Below, piece by piece: positions 29,329-38,913 of a DNA stretch of 64,000 nucleotides. The translations under genes and the position numbers were made by a program. How positions within the stretch are numbered: position 1 is the first letter of the stretch; the number at the start of each line of letters is the position of its first letter. Source of the stretch: Verrucomicrobiaceae bacterium (GTDB lineage Bacteria > Verrucomicrobiota > Verrucomicrobiia > Verrucomicrobiales > Akkermansiaceae); contig JBPOGH010000002.1 in assembly GCA_051252135.1 (NCBI GenBank), positions 128,001 through 192,000 of the forward strand, given 5' to 3'. The notes beneath the pieces are model-generated. The model ran no database searches, was not told the DNA's origin, and saw only the letters and a list, made by a program, of their open reading frames with translations.

Positions 29329-30894
29329 ATGAACTCTCCCAATAGAAATGCCGGGCTTTACGCCTTAATTGCCGCCTTCGGTGGATTTATTTTTGGCCTG
29401 GACCTGATGAATATTTCAGGTGCGGTGCGCTATGTCAGTTCGCTTTTCGAGCTTGAGGACGGTCAAGTGGGGCGTCTTGCCGGGGTTGGATTGTATGGCG
29501 TGATTTTCGCTTTGTTTTTCATTGGAACCTTGTGCGAGCGTTTTGGAAGAAAGCGGGTGTTGCTGGGCATTGCGTGCGCGTATTCGCTGTCCTCCATTTT
29601 GTCGGCCTTTGCGGTCAGCTACGAGATGTTGTTGATCGGACGATTCATTGGGGGGGCAGCTTTCGCATCCATTACGGTGTCCGCCATGTATATCGGTGAG
29701 GTGGCCTCGGCGAATCAGCGGGGCAAGTTTGTCTCGGTCAATCAGTTGATGATCGCAGTGGGGATCTTGCTGGCCTCGGTCATCAATTATTTCCTCATTG
29801 AGAACATCGATCGCATTGGTTTTTTGAACGGTGAAAATATCTGGCGCTACATGCTGGGCGCGGAGTTGATCCCCAATGTGATCTGGGTTTTGTTGCTCCT
29901 TAAGGTGCCGGAGTCACCACGCTGGTTGCTCAAGAAAGGGAGAGATGAAGAGGCGCACGCGGCGCTGCAAAAGATTGTGCCGGCGGATGAGATTCCGGGC
30001 TTCGTGGCCGAGGTGAAAGAGAGTTTTCACGAGGAGACCGAGACGGGCACCTTTGCCCAGCTTGGAAAACTGTTTCGCAAGCGCATGACGCTGGTGCTTT
30101 CGATCGCGGTCTTCTACGCCATTGTCCAAGGGGGGACGGGGATGAATGCCATCCTATCCTTCGCGCCGATGGTCTTTGAGCAGGTCGGGATGAGCACGGC
30201 AGACAGCTTTAAGCAGACTGTCATGATGAGTGTGTTTAATTTCCTCGCGATCTTCGTTGCGATCTTTTCGGTAGAGAAACTGGGACGACGTAAATTGACC
30301 TTGATCGGTTTGGCCTTAGTTGTCGCGGCGCATACCTCGTGTTGGGTCGGGTTTAAGGATACCTCTTACGTCCTGGATGAAGCGGCGTTTGAGAAGATTG
30401 AGAACCAGTTGAGTGAGGAGGAAATTGATTTGGCCAAACTAGAGCCAATGATCGGGCAAACTTACGAGAATGACGTGGCACTCAAAGCGGCCTTGTCGGA
30501 AACGCTCAACAAAAAAGAGTTCCCCTTGGTGAGCGGTGCGGTGATCAACCACACCATTCACGGAATTAAGCCCGCGCTCGTCTTGTTGGGGACTTTTGGA
30601 TTTCTTGCGGCGTTTAATATGTCAATTGGACCGATTCTCTGGGTGGTGCTTTCAGAGATTTTTCCAAACAATGTCCGGAGTGTTGCCTTGCCCGTTGCGG
30701 CCATGGTTCAAACCATCTCATCTCTGGCGGTGACTGAACTCTTTCCATGGTCTCTCAATGCCTTTGGCGCGGCGAATGTCTTCCTGATGTATGCCGGAAT
30801 TGGGCTTGCAGGCTTTTTGATCATGCTCGTGATCCTTCCGGAAACCAAAGGGAAATCGATCGAAGCCATCGAGAAAGAGCTCGTGAAGGGGTAG
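29329..30894 (+). CDS. MFS sugar porter family transporter
   Basis: 'ERFGRK', 'MYIGEVA...RGK', 'PESPRWL', 'SEIFP', 'PETKGKSIEAIE'; about 12 TM segments. Confidence 0.92.
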   Translation: MNSPNRNAGLYALIAAFGGFIFGLDLMNISGAVRYVSSLFELEDGQVGRLAGVGLYGVIFALFFIGTLCERFGRKRVLLGIACAYSLSSILSAFAVSYEMLLIGRFIGGAAFASITVSAMYIGEVASANQRGKFVSVNQLMIAVGILLASVINYFLIENIDRIGFLNGENIWRYMLGAELIPNVIWVLLLLKVPESPRWLLKKGRDEEAHAALQKIVPADEIPGFVAEVKESFHEETETGTFAQLGKLFRKRMTLVLSIAVFYAIVQGGTGMNAILSFAPMVFEQVGMSTADSFKQTVMMSVFNFLAIFVAIFSVEKLGRRKLTLIGLALVVAAHTSCWVGFKDTSYVLDEAAFEKIENQLSEEEIDLAKLEPMIGQTYENDVALKAALSETLNKKEFPLVSGAVINHTIHGIKPALVLLGTFGFLAAFNMSIGPILWVVLSEIFPNNVRSVALPVAAMVQTISSLAVTELFPWSLNAFGAANVFLMYAGIGLAGFLIMLVILPETKGKSIEAIEKELVKG

Positions 30895-30938
30895 GCGCAA
30901 GGTGTGCCTCCAATTAGACAAATTTATCGAATACGAAG

Positions 30939-32921
30939 ATGTCAGAAGCAGCCCAACAGTCTAAAACCGAAATCGACACGTCGAAGAGTCCGCACGTCAA
31001 ACTGAGGTCCATCAATATCGGCGATTGCCGGTGGACGGAGGGATTTTGGGCGGAGAAGACCAAGCTCTGCGAGGAGGTGATGGTGCCTTATATGGGGGAG
31101 CTTTTGAAAGGGGACATCGGTCATGGGTTGAATAACTTCAAGATCGCGGCCGGGTTAAAGGAAGGGGAGCACCAGGGAGAATACTGGCATGACGCGGACT
31201 TCTTCAAGTGGATGGAGTCGGCCTGTTACGTTTATGGTTTGAATGGCGATGAAAAGATCGTGGCGGAGCTTGATGAGATCATCGGGATCGTGGCGCAGGC
31301 TCAGGAGGACGATGGTTATCTGCATGCCTACATCCAGACGAAGGGCATACCGCATTTTTCGAATCGCAAGTATCATGAGATGTACAATTGCGGTCATCTT
31401 TACACGACGGCGTGCATTCATCATCGGATGACGGGGAAGACGAACTTCCTGGAGATCGCACTCAAGAATGCCGACCTGCTGTGCAGCCTCTTCAATCCTT
31501 GCCCGCCCGAGTTGAAGCGTTTTGGTTTTAACCAGACCCAGATCATGGGCTTGGTGGAGCTTTACCGGACGGTAGGTGACAGGCGTTACCTGGAGTTGGC
31601 GGAGGTGTTTATCAATAACCGGGGCCAGTCCGAGATGGTGCATGACTCGACGACGATTGGATATCCGATCGGGGACATGGTGCAGGAGCGGGTTCCGCTT
31701 CGTGAGGAGACGGAAGCGGTTGGGCACGCGGTGCTGGCACTTTATTACTATGCCGGAGCGGCGGATGTTTATTCCGAAACGGGGGAGCAGGCTCTCATCG
31801 ATGCGCTCGACCGGCTGTGGGAGAATGTGACGCAGAAGAAGATGTATGTCACCGGAGCGGTGGGGCAATCGCACTGGGGTGCCTCGACGCGTCGGGACAT
31901 GATCGAGGAAGGGTTCATCGATGAATACATGATGCCCAACATGACGGCTTACAACGAAACCTGCGCCAACATCTGCAACGCGATGTTCAGTCATCGGATG
32001 TTGGGGATCAAAGGCGAGTCAAAGTATGCCGATGTGATGGAGTTGGTGCTGCATAACAGCAGCCTTTCCGGGATCAGCTTGTGCGGTAAGAAATATTACT
32101 ACGCGAACCCGCTGCGCAAGATCGCGGGGGCGCGGGATTATTCGACGATGAACACGGAGTCACCGGATCGTGAGCCGTATCTGTATTGTTTTTGTTGTCC
32201 TCCGAACATCGTGCGGACGGTGGCGAAGGTTTCCGGGTGGGCATACAGCCTTTCGGAGAAGGGGGTTTCGGTGAATCTCTATGGTGCGAATGAGCTGACG
32301 ACGACCCTGCAAGACGGGAGTTTGCTGAAGCTGAGCCAGAGGACGACCTATCCCTCGGATGGGGCGGTGGAGATTACGATCGGGGAGTGCAAAGAGGCGG
32401 CCTTTGATCTTTCGCTTCGGATTCCGGAGTGGGCGAAGGGGAGTTCGTTGAAAGTGAATGGCGAAGATGCAGGAGTGGAAGTGACGCCGGGTCGGTTTGC
32501 GAAGATCGAGCGGGAGTGGAAGTCGGGTGATACTGTTTCACTCGACATGCCGATGCCGATTACCTTTGTGGAAGGGCACCCCCGGATCGAGGAAGTGCGG
32601 AACCAGGTTGCGGTGAAACGCGGGCCGGTTGTCTATTGCATGGAAGGGCCGGATTTGCCGAAGGATGCGAGTATTTTGGACGTCTATCTTGATGGCGATG
32701 CGGCGCTCACGGTCGAGGAGAAATCGGACTTCGACTTCGGTCTCCCTGTGATTGGGGCCGAGCTGAAACTTCGGGAGGATCACGGTGACGGGATGTATCG
32801 CCAGCTTACGAAGCCGACGTGGAAATCCTACAAGTCGCAGTTCATTCCCTACTACGCGTGGAGTAATCGTGGTGATAGCGAGATGACCGTCTTCATGCCG
32901 GTTCTTTGGGGAAACCAGTAA
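30939..32921 (+). CDS. Glycoside hydrolase family 127; probable alpha-3,6-anhydro-D-galactosidase (DagA-like)
   Basis: 'DADFFKWMES', 'HEMYNCGH', 'GHAV', 'YNETCA', 'CFCCPPN' Zn-Cys motifs; no signal peptide. Confidence 0.88.
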   Translation: MSEAAQQSKTEIDTSKSPHVKLRSINIGDCRWTEGFWAEKTKLCEEVMVPYMGELLKGDIGHGLNNFKIAAGLKEGEHQGEYWHDADFFKWMESACYVYGLNGDEKIVAELDEIIGIVAQAQEDDGYLHAYIQTKGIPHFSNRKYHEMYNCGHLYTTACIHHRMTGKTNFLEIALKNADLLCSLFNPCPPELKRFGFNQTQIMGLVELYRTVGDRRYLELAEVFINNRGQSEMVHDSTTIGYPIGDMVQERVPLREETEAVGHAVLALYYYAGAADVYSETGEQALIDALDRLWENVTQKKMYVTGAVGQSHWGASTRRDMIEEGFIDEYMMPNMTAYNETCANICNAMFSHRMLGIKGESKYADVMELVLHNSSLSGISLCGKKYYYANPLRKIAGARDYSTMNTESPDREPYLYCFCCPPNIVRTVAKVSGWAYSLSEKGVSVNLYGANELTTTLQDGSLLKLSQRTTYPSDGAVEITIGECKEAAFDLSLRIPEWAKGSSLKVNGEDAGVEVTPGRFAKIEREWKSGDTVSLDMPMPITFVEGHPRIEEVRNQVAVKRGPVVYCMEGPDLPKDASILDVYLDGDAALTVEEKSDFDFGLPVIGAELKLREDHGDGMYRQLTKPTWKSYKSQFIPYYAWSNRGDSEMTVFMPVLWGNQ

Positions 32922-32939
32922 CCTTAAACACAACAACGA

Positions 32940-34685
32940 ATGATGAAAATTTACGAAACGAGCCGAGTTGTCTCATTGGCCACGGTGCTGGTGACGGGAT
33001 CCTCCCTTGCTGATCCGCTGCCCCTTTCCGATCCCGAAAACGAGGGGGGATGGGTGTTGAACACCGAGATGAGTGATGAATTCAATGCCGATAAGGTGGA
33101 TCGGGAGAAGTGGTTTATCGAAGGCGAGAACGGAGGAGATTATTACATTTGGAAAGGTCGTCCGCCATCACAGTTTGCGGAGCACAATGTTTTCCAGGAA
33201 GAGGGGATGTTAAAGATTCGGAGCCAGTGGGAGCCGGACTTTCAGTTCGCCCAGGAGAGCTATGCCGATGGTGCCCAGAATGATTCCTACGGGGTATGGG
33301 AAGGGAAGCCAATGCCGGTGACGACGGGCGGGATTATCAGCAAGGAGCGTTTTCTTTATGGCTATATGGAAGTGCGCACCAAGGCGGGCAACGCAGCGAT
33401 GACGAGTTCGTTTTGGGCGATTGGTTACGAATCCGAGCTCGATATTTACGAGCAGATCGGGAATCCGAAGAACAAGAAGAATGACATCCATGAGGATATG
33501 TGGAAGTCATCGATCCACGATTGGTCGCCTCCCGCGAAGCGCCCGACGCGCCGCTTCGGGCACAAGCAGAAGCTTCCGTTCCGGGTGGCTGATGAGTTCC
33601 ATGTTTATGCGGCGGAGTGGGGTGAGGACTACTTGAAGTTCTATCTCGATGGCAAGGTGGTCTACGAGACGACCCGCAAGGAGCAGGGGAAGAATTGGGT
33701 GTTGAACAACCCGTTGGAGATCTGGTTTGACTCCGAGATTTTCACTTGGCTGGGCTTGCCTCACAAAGAGGAATTACCGGTGGATTACGAGATCGATTAC
33801 CTCCGTGTCTGGCAGAAGCCGAGCAAGAATCTGTTGGCTCCGCAGCTCTTTGGATTTGAGGGGCCGATTCTTTTTACCGAGAACAAGATCCCACTCGAGC
33901 TTGTTCCCGAGAGCAGCGAGATCAACGAGTATCAGAAATTCTGGGAGATTGGCGAGCATGCCTGGGGGAACTTTGAGATGGGCAAAGAGCGTTCGACGAA
34001 GGGGATTAAGAGTTTGAAATTCACCCCGAAAGGGATGTTGGCGAACCTATCGATTGTGAGTCCGGCGAAGTCGGTGGCGATTCCGGCGGGAGAATTTACG
34101 TATCACATGGACGTATTTCTCGAGCCGGATTGCGGGGTTCAGTATTTGAATGTGAGCCTGGCTGATCCGGAAGTGAAGTTAACGCCGATCGATCTGACCA
34201 AGCTGGAGAAGGGCAAGTGGACAACGGTGCAGGCGACCTTTAAGAGAGATCAACCTTCTGGTGATTTTGATCGGGTGCGGCTTCGGATTGAGAAGAAGGG
34301 CGTGGCTGACGGAAAGGAAGGGGCGCTGTTCATCGATAACATCAACATTGTGTCCGGGAAGGTGGAGGCTCCGCAGGTTGATCAGGATGCCGTTTTTGCG
34401 ACCGGGTTGGCGGGGATTCCCTCCTGGGCGCATGCCGAGATCAACAAAGTGGAAGCGATTGTTTCGGCGCTGAGCGATGAGCACCGGGAAGAGATTTTCG
34501 ATGCGATTGCGGAACGGGTCAAAGGGGTTGCGGAGGTCGCAAGCATGAAGGACGGCGGTGCTTCGGCTGAGAAAGTGAAGGCGAAGAACTTTGAAGTCTG
34601 GAGCGGGTTCGTGAACCGGATGAGGGAGATTTTGGGTGAGGAGCAGTTTGAGAAGTACGACGCAGATCGCCGGAAAGGGCAGTAG
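32940..34685 (+). CDS. Secreted GH16 (probable carrageenase/furcellaranase-type) with C-terminal accessory domains
   Basis: 'SDEFN', catalytic ExDxxE 'ELDIYE', 'FHVYAAEW', 'IDYLRVWQ'; signal peptide. Confidence 0.85.
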   Translation: MMKIYETSRVVSLATVLVTGSSLADPLPLSDPENEGGWVLNTEMSDEFNADKVDREKWFIEGENGGDYYIWKGRPPSQFAEHNVFQEEGMLKIRSQWEPDFQFAQESYADGAQNDSYGVWEGKPMPVTTGGIISKERFLYGYMEVRTKAGNAAMTSSFWAIGYESELDIYEQIGNPKNKKNDIHEDMWKSSIHDWSPPAKRPTRRFGHKQKLPFRVADEFHVYAAEWGEDYLKFYLDGKVVYETTRKEQGKNWVLNNPLEIWFDSEIFTWLGLPHKEELPVDYEIDYLRVWQKPSKNLLAPQLFGFEGPILFTENKIPLELVPESSEINEYQKFWEIGEHAWGNFEMGKERSTKGIKSLKFTPKGMLANLSIVSPAKSVAIPAGEFTYHMDVFLEPDCGVQYLNVSLADPEVKLTPIDLTKLEKGKWTTVQATFKRDQPSGDFDRVRLRIEKKGVADGKEGALFIDNINIVSGKVEAPQVDQDAVFATGLAGIPSWAHAEINKVEAIVSALSDEHREEIFDAIAERVKGVAEVASMKDGGASAEKVKAKNFEVWSGFVNRMREILGEEQFEKYDADRRKGQ

Positions 34686-34724
34686 AATTCCAGGATCGCT
34701 TGCGATAGCGATCACCGTAAAAAG

Positions 34725-36344
34725 ATGAACAGATTTGGGCTCACGATATTAAGCTTGGTTTTTTCGGCGCCGCTCTTTGGGAAGAAGCCCAATGTCTTGT
34801 TCATTGCGATCGATGACTTGCGTCCGGAGTTGGGTTGTTATGGGTCGGAGATCGCGGTTACGCCGAATCTCGATCGGCTGGCGGGGGATGGGTTGCTTTT
34901 TAACCGGGCTTATTGCCAGGAGGCGATTTGTGCGCCGTCGCGGGCGAGTCTGATGACCGGCGCGCGGCCGGATACGATCAAGGTGGTGGAGAATTGGACG
35001 ATGTTTCGGGATGAGAATCCGGACATTGTGACGCTCTCGCAGCACTTTGCGGCGAATGGATACGAGGCGGTGCAGTGCGGGAAGATCTACCACAATGACG
35101 CGCACTCGGATGCGGAGTTTTCGTGGAACCGGAAGCCGTCGTATGACCGATTGGATTTGCCTGCGCCCACGGCATCCTATGCCTTGCCGGAGAACAGGAA
35201 GATTTGGGAAGAGAACAACAGGCGGCTTGAGGCCAAGTATGGGAAAGGCATTGCGAGTACGGGGTTGGTGCAGGGGCCGGCGTATGAGTGTGCGGATGTG
35301 CCGGACCAGGCTTATCGTGATGGCTACAATGCCGATCTGGCGGTGGCGACGATGAAGGAGATTGCGGAGGAGGGGAAACCGTTCTTCATGGGGCTTGGTT
35401 TTTATAAGCCGCACTTGGATTTTATTGCGCCGAAGAAGTACTGGGATCTTTACGATCCTAAGGACATTCCGCTGGTGACGGGTGGGCGGGCACCTGAAAA
35501 TGGGGCGGCGATGGGATTGCATGCTTCTTTTGAACTGCGGGTGCGTGACGGGATTCCCAAGAGTGGGCCGATTGAGGGGGAGTTGGCGCGGACGCTGAAG
35601 CATGGCTACCTGGCCTGTGTCAGTTATATTGACGCGCAGATCGGGCGGACGCTGGAGGAGCTGGAGAAGGCGGGATTGAGGGAGAATACGATCGTGATTG
35701 TGTGGGGAGACCATGGTTGGCATCTTGGAGACATGGGTGTGTGGGGGAAGGCGACGAACTATGAGATCGCGACGCGGGTGCCGCTGATGATTTGGACGCC
35801 TGACATGCCGAAGGGGAGTCGTGGGGTGAAGACCGATGCGTTGGTGGAATTGGTCGACATGTATCCCACGCTTTGTGAGTTGGCGGGGCTATCGCAGCCC
35901 GGGCATTTGGAAGGTACGAGCTTTGCGCCTCTTTTGAAGAACCCGAGGCAAGCATGGGAGAGGGCGGCGTTTAGCCAGTTTCCGAATCCGGCACTTCGTG
36001 AATGGGCGGCCAATCCGCTTCAAGCGAGCATGCGGGAGACGTTTTTTGGTCCGCTGATTGAGGAGGTGGAAGAGCGAATCATCGCGCAGCAGGGGAGGAA
36101 GTGGGATCGTGATTTGTTTGAGAATCATCTGATGGGTTACACCATGCGGACGGAGCGGTATCGGCTGGTGGTATGGAAAGATGTCAGGAATCCGGAGGCC
36201 AAGCCGATTGAGGTGGAGCTTTACGATCATGAGACTGATCCGAACGAGACCGTGAATGTGGCGGGCTCCCGTCCGGATTTGGTCGTGGAGTTGCTCGCCC
36301 AGTTCGACCAGGGCTGGCAGGGGAATGGTCCGCCAAGAAAATGA
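34725..36344 (+). CDS. Formylglycine-dependent sulfatase (iduronate-2-sulfatase-like, S1_7-like)
   Basis: 'NVLFIAIDDLRP', 'ICAPSRASLMTG', 'GKIYH', 'KPHL', 'GDHGWHLG'. Confidence 0.88.
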   Translation: MNRFGLTILSLVFSAPLFGKKPNVLFIAIDDLRPELGCYGSEIAVTPNLDRLAGDGLLFNRAYCQEAICAPSRASLMTGARPDTIKVVENWTMFRDENPDIVTLSQHFAANGYEAVQCGKIYHNDAHSDAEFSWNRKPSYDRLDLPAPTASYALPENRKIWEENNRRLEAKYGKGIASTGLVQGPAYECADVPDQAYRDGYNADLAVATMKEIAEEGKPFFMGLGFYKPHLDFIAPKKYWDLYDPKDIPLVTGGRAPENGAAMGLHASFELRVRDGIPKSGPIEGELARTLKHGYLACVSYIDAQIGRTLEELEKAGLRENTIVIVWGDHGWHLGDMGVWGKATNYEIATRVPLMIWTPDMPKGSRGVKTDALVELVDMYPTLCELAGLSQPGHLEGTSFAPLLKNPRQAWERAAFSQFPNPALREWAANPLQASMRETFFGPLIEEVEERIIAQQGRKWDRDLFENHLMGYTMRTERYRLVVWKDVRNPEAKPIEVELYDHETDPNETVNVAGSRPDLVVELLAQFDQGWQGNGPPRK

Positions 36345-36512
36345 AGTTTTTGCTCCTTCTGTCATCCCGTGGAGGATCCGGGGAGGGGGACCGATGGAGC
36401 TGAGGAATGATGCTGTGAGAAGCGGACGCGGGTGACTCTATTGGATCCTGACGGGTGGCCAAGAGGGCGCGGGACGTTCGGGGATGTGCTTGGATATTGA
36501 CATTTTGAGTGA

Positions 36513-36535
36513 GAGTTGCGATCGAGGGGCAACTC
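36513..36535. promoter_or_regulatory. Inverted repeat upstream of the blaI-like gene, candidate operator
   Basis: GAGTTGC-N9-GCAACTC just downstream of a TTGACA hexamer (36497). Confidence 0.35.
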
Positions 36536-36558
36536 CCCACCAATCTACCTGCTTATTC

Positions 36559-36933
36559 ATGTCTACACCACTGGATCAACTTTCCCGCCGCGAGAGAGAA
36601 TTTTACCAAATCCTCTGTTCGTTGGATGAAGCGACAGCGATTGAAATACAGCAAAAGCTTCCGGACGGGACCAAGAATTCCGCGACCCGGAAGATTCTGA
36701 CGGCCTTATTGAAAAAGGGAGTGATCACGCGAAGGAAAGAGGGCCGGCAGTATATTTACGCACCAGAGCAGGTGGGGGAAGAAGTCGGCAAGTCAGCGCT
36801 CAATCAGGTGCTGGATACCTTTTTCAATGGCTCACTTGCTCACGGCCTGTTGGGGATGGTGGATCTCGGGAGGGACCGCTTCACCAAGGAGGAGCTCGAG
36901 CAGATTCGTAAGATTGTGAAGGATAAATCCTAA
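36559..36933 (+). CDS. BlaI/MecI/CopY family transcriptional repressor
   Basis: 'LSRREREFYQIL', winged helix 'RRKEGRQYIYAP', 'VLDTFFNGSL', 'EELEQIRKIV'. Confidence 0.9.
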   Translation: MSTPLDQLSRREREFYQILCSLDEATAIEIQQKLPDGTKNSATRKILTALLKKGVITRRKEGRQYIYAPEQVGEEVGKSALNQVLDTFFNGSLAHGLLGMVDLGRDRFTKEELEQIRKIVKDKS

Positions 36934-36950
36934 AGAGAGTATCGGAATCA

Positions 36951-38756
36951 ATGCTGGAATTATTTGAGTGGTTAATCGCGTATTCCGCCAGGGCTTCCCT
37001 GCTTTGCGTGGCCACTTTGCTTATTTTGGCATCACTCAAACGGTCCTCTGCGGCGGTGCGATCAGGGGTGATTTTTGCAGGAACGCTGGGTGCCATTGTC
37101 CTGCCGGTGACGGTGGGAATTCTGCCTCCGATTTCGCTCCCGAGTTTAATCTCCCGGCCAAGTGTTGAAAGCATTCCGCTGGAGAATGTTTCGAATGCCG
37201 GTGAGGATCGTGCGGCGTTGATCGGTCATGAGGTGGCCCCGGAGGTTTTGCACCATGCCGATAACGACAAGTCTCCGGTAGCCGACGTTTCGGGCAGTCC
37301 GTGGTGGGTGTCTTTTCTGGTTTGGCTTTGGGTCTCCGGTGGATTGGTGTTTCTGACAATATTGGCACTGCGAATTCGATCCGTGCTGCGACTGCGATCG
37401 CGCTCGCAACGGCTTCCCGTGGGACATCAACTGACTCTTGAAGCCAATACGGCCTCGGCCCGGATGGGTTGTGGTCGTGAGCTGGATGTGCGGATTTCGG
37501 CAATGGTGAAAGTGCCCTCGGCGATTGGACTTGGTTTGAACACGATCATTCTTCCGGTCGAATTTGAGAGGATGGGAGCCTCTTCGCGGTGGGCGGTGTT
37601 GATTCACGAGTGTGCCCATTTGCGGCGACGTGACTCCCTGGTGCAGATGATGATTCTCTTCTGCCGGTGTATTCATTGGTTCAATCCTTTGTTTTTGGCC
37701 CTGGATCGTGCATTCAATGCGGAAGCCGAAAAGGCATGTGACGATCAGGTGATTGGTTCCGGCATTTCACCGGAGGCGTACAGTGAGGCCATTCTGGGTT
37801 ACTTTCAGGCTGCTTCGGCAGACACTTCCGGGGCGATTTGGAATAGTGCGGCGTCCGGATTTTATCCGTGCCCCCAATTGGACCGGCAATTGCGGGGGCG
37901 AAAGAAAATGATGTTGAACCGGATTCGGCGGATGGTGGATCCTGCTGCCCGCCGGACGCGGCTGGGGGCTTTGCTGGGTTGGTCTTTGGTTGGGGTTTCT
38001 TCAGTTGGCGCGTCTGTTCTGGGAGCTCTCGTTTTTGTCCCGACCTATGAGTGGCGGTATCAGTTGGCGGAGCGAGAATTGCCATTTGCAGATCAGTTGG
38101 TGGCATGCTGGCGGATGGATGAGATCAGAGATCAACAGACCCCTGATGCGGGACCGGGGATTTATTCCGGAAGGGTTGAGGGCGGAACTTTGGATGACCA
38201 GGGCAAGCTGGATCGCGCGGTTTATCTTGATGGAGACGACTTTGTCGACATGGGAGACCGTTTTAGCGGTCTGGATTATCCCATCACGCTATCGGCGTGG
38301 GTGAGGGCGGATGATACGGGTGACCGAGTGCTATCGAGCCAGAATATCGTCTGGTTGGGGGGGGGAGGCCCGGGACATTACATTTACATTGGTTTGAATC
38401 GGGGGCGGCCATCGATCAAATCGCGTTTCAGGGACGTCTCGGTGTTGACCGGAAAGAATTCGATCGCCGATGGGCAGTGGCATCATCTGACGGGAGTCTT
38501 TTTATCGGAGAGTCATCGACTGCTTTACTTGGATGGGGATTTGATTGGAGAGGACACCCGCTATGCCCGGAAGCCGCCGACTTTCCGGATTCAGGTCGGG
38601 CGCAATGGACGGAAGAGTTACGAGACCTCTTATGTTGAAGGGGCAGTTGATGATGTGCGGGTTTATCAGGCCGCTTTGGATCAGGCTGCGGTGCGGGAAA
38701 TAATGAAGGGAGATTTCTCTCTGGTGGCGGCCCGACATCTTGTCGGACAGAAGTAG
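36951..38756 (+). CDS. BlaR1/MecR1-type M56 metallopeptidase with C-terminal LamG (concanavalin-like) sensor domain
   Basis: TM helices, 'LIHECAHLRRRD' HExxH, 'WFNPL', 'EKACDD'; C-terminal 'TLSAWV...DGQWHHL...LYLDG...GAVDDVRVY'. Confidence 0.9.
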   Translation: MLELFEWLIAYSARASLLCVATLLILASLKRSSAAVRSGVIFAGTLGAIVLPVTVGILPPISLPSLISRPSVESIPLENVSNAGEDRAALIGHEVAPEVLHHADNDKSPVADVSGSPWWVSFLVWLWVSGGLVFLTILALRIRSVLRLRSRSQRLPVGHQLTLEANTASARMGCGRELDVRISAMVKVPSAIGLGLNTIILPVEFERMGASSRWAVLIHECAHLRRRDSLVQMMILFCRCIHWFNPLFLALDRAFNAEAEKACDDQVIGSGISPEAYSEAILGYFQAASADTSGAIWNSAASGFYPCPQLDRQLRGRKKMMLNRIRRMVDPAARRTRLGALLGWSLVGVSSVGASVLGALVFVPTYEWRYQLAERELPFADQLVACWRMDEIRDQQTPDAGPGIYSGRVEGGTLDDQGKLDRAVYLDGDDFVDMGDRFSGLDYPITLSAWVRADDTGDRVLSSQNIVWLGGGGPGHYIYIGLNRGRPSIKSRFRDVSVLTGKNSIADGQWHHLTGVFLSESHRLLYLDGDLIGEDTRYARKPPTFRIQVGRNGRKSYETSYVEGAVDDVRVYQAALDQAAVREIMKGDFSLVAARHLVGQK

Positions 38757-38913
38757 GAAGATGTTCCTTATGGTGCGTTAGAATCTTGACCTTGGGTTAG
38801 ATTGTGAGAGATCTGCACCAATGGATGGAAGTTTAGCAATGCAGGGTGGTGTGAAGCCGCCACCTGCCAGCTGCTCCTGAAAACTGATATTTTTTCCCAA
38901 CAGCTACCATTTT

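Noticed and set aside
36559..38756. Beta-lactam resistance locus
   Set aside because: No penicillin-binding sensor domain and no beta-lactamase or PBP2a nearby
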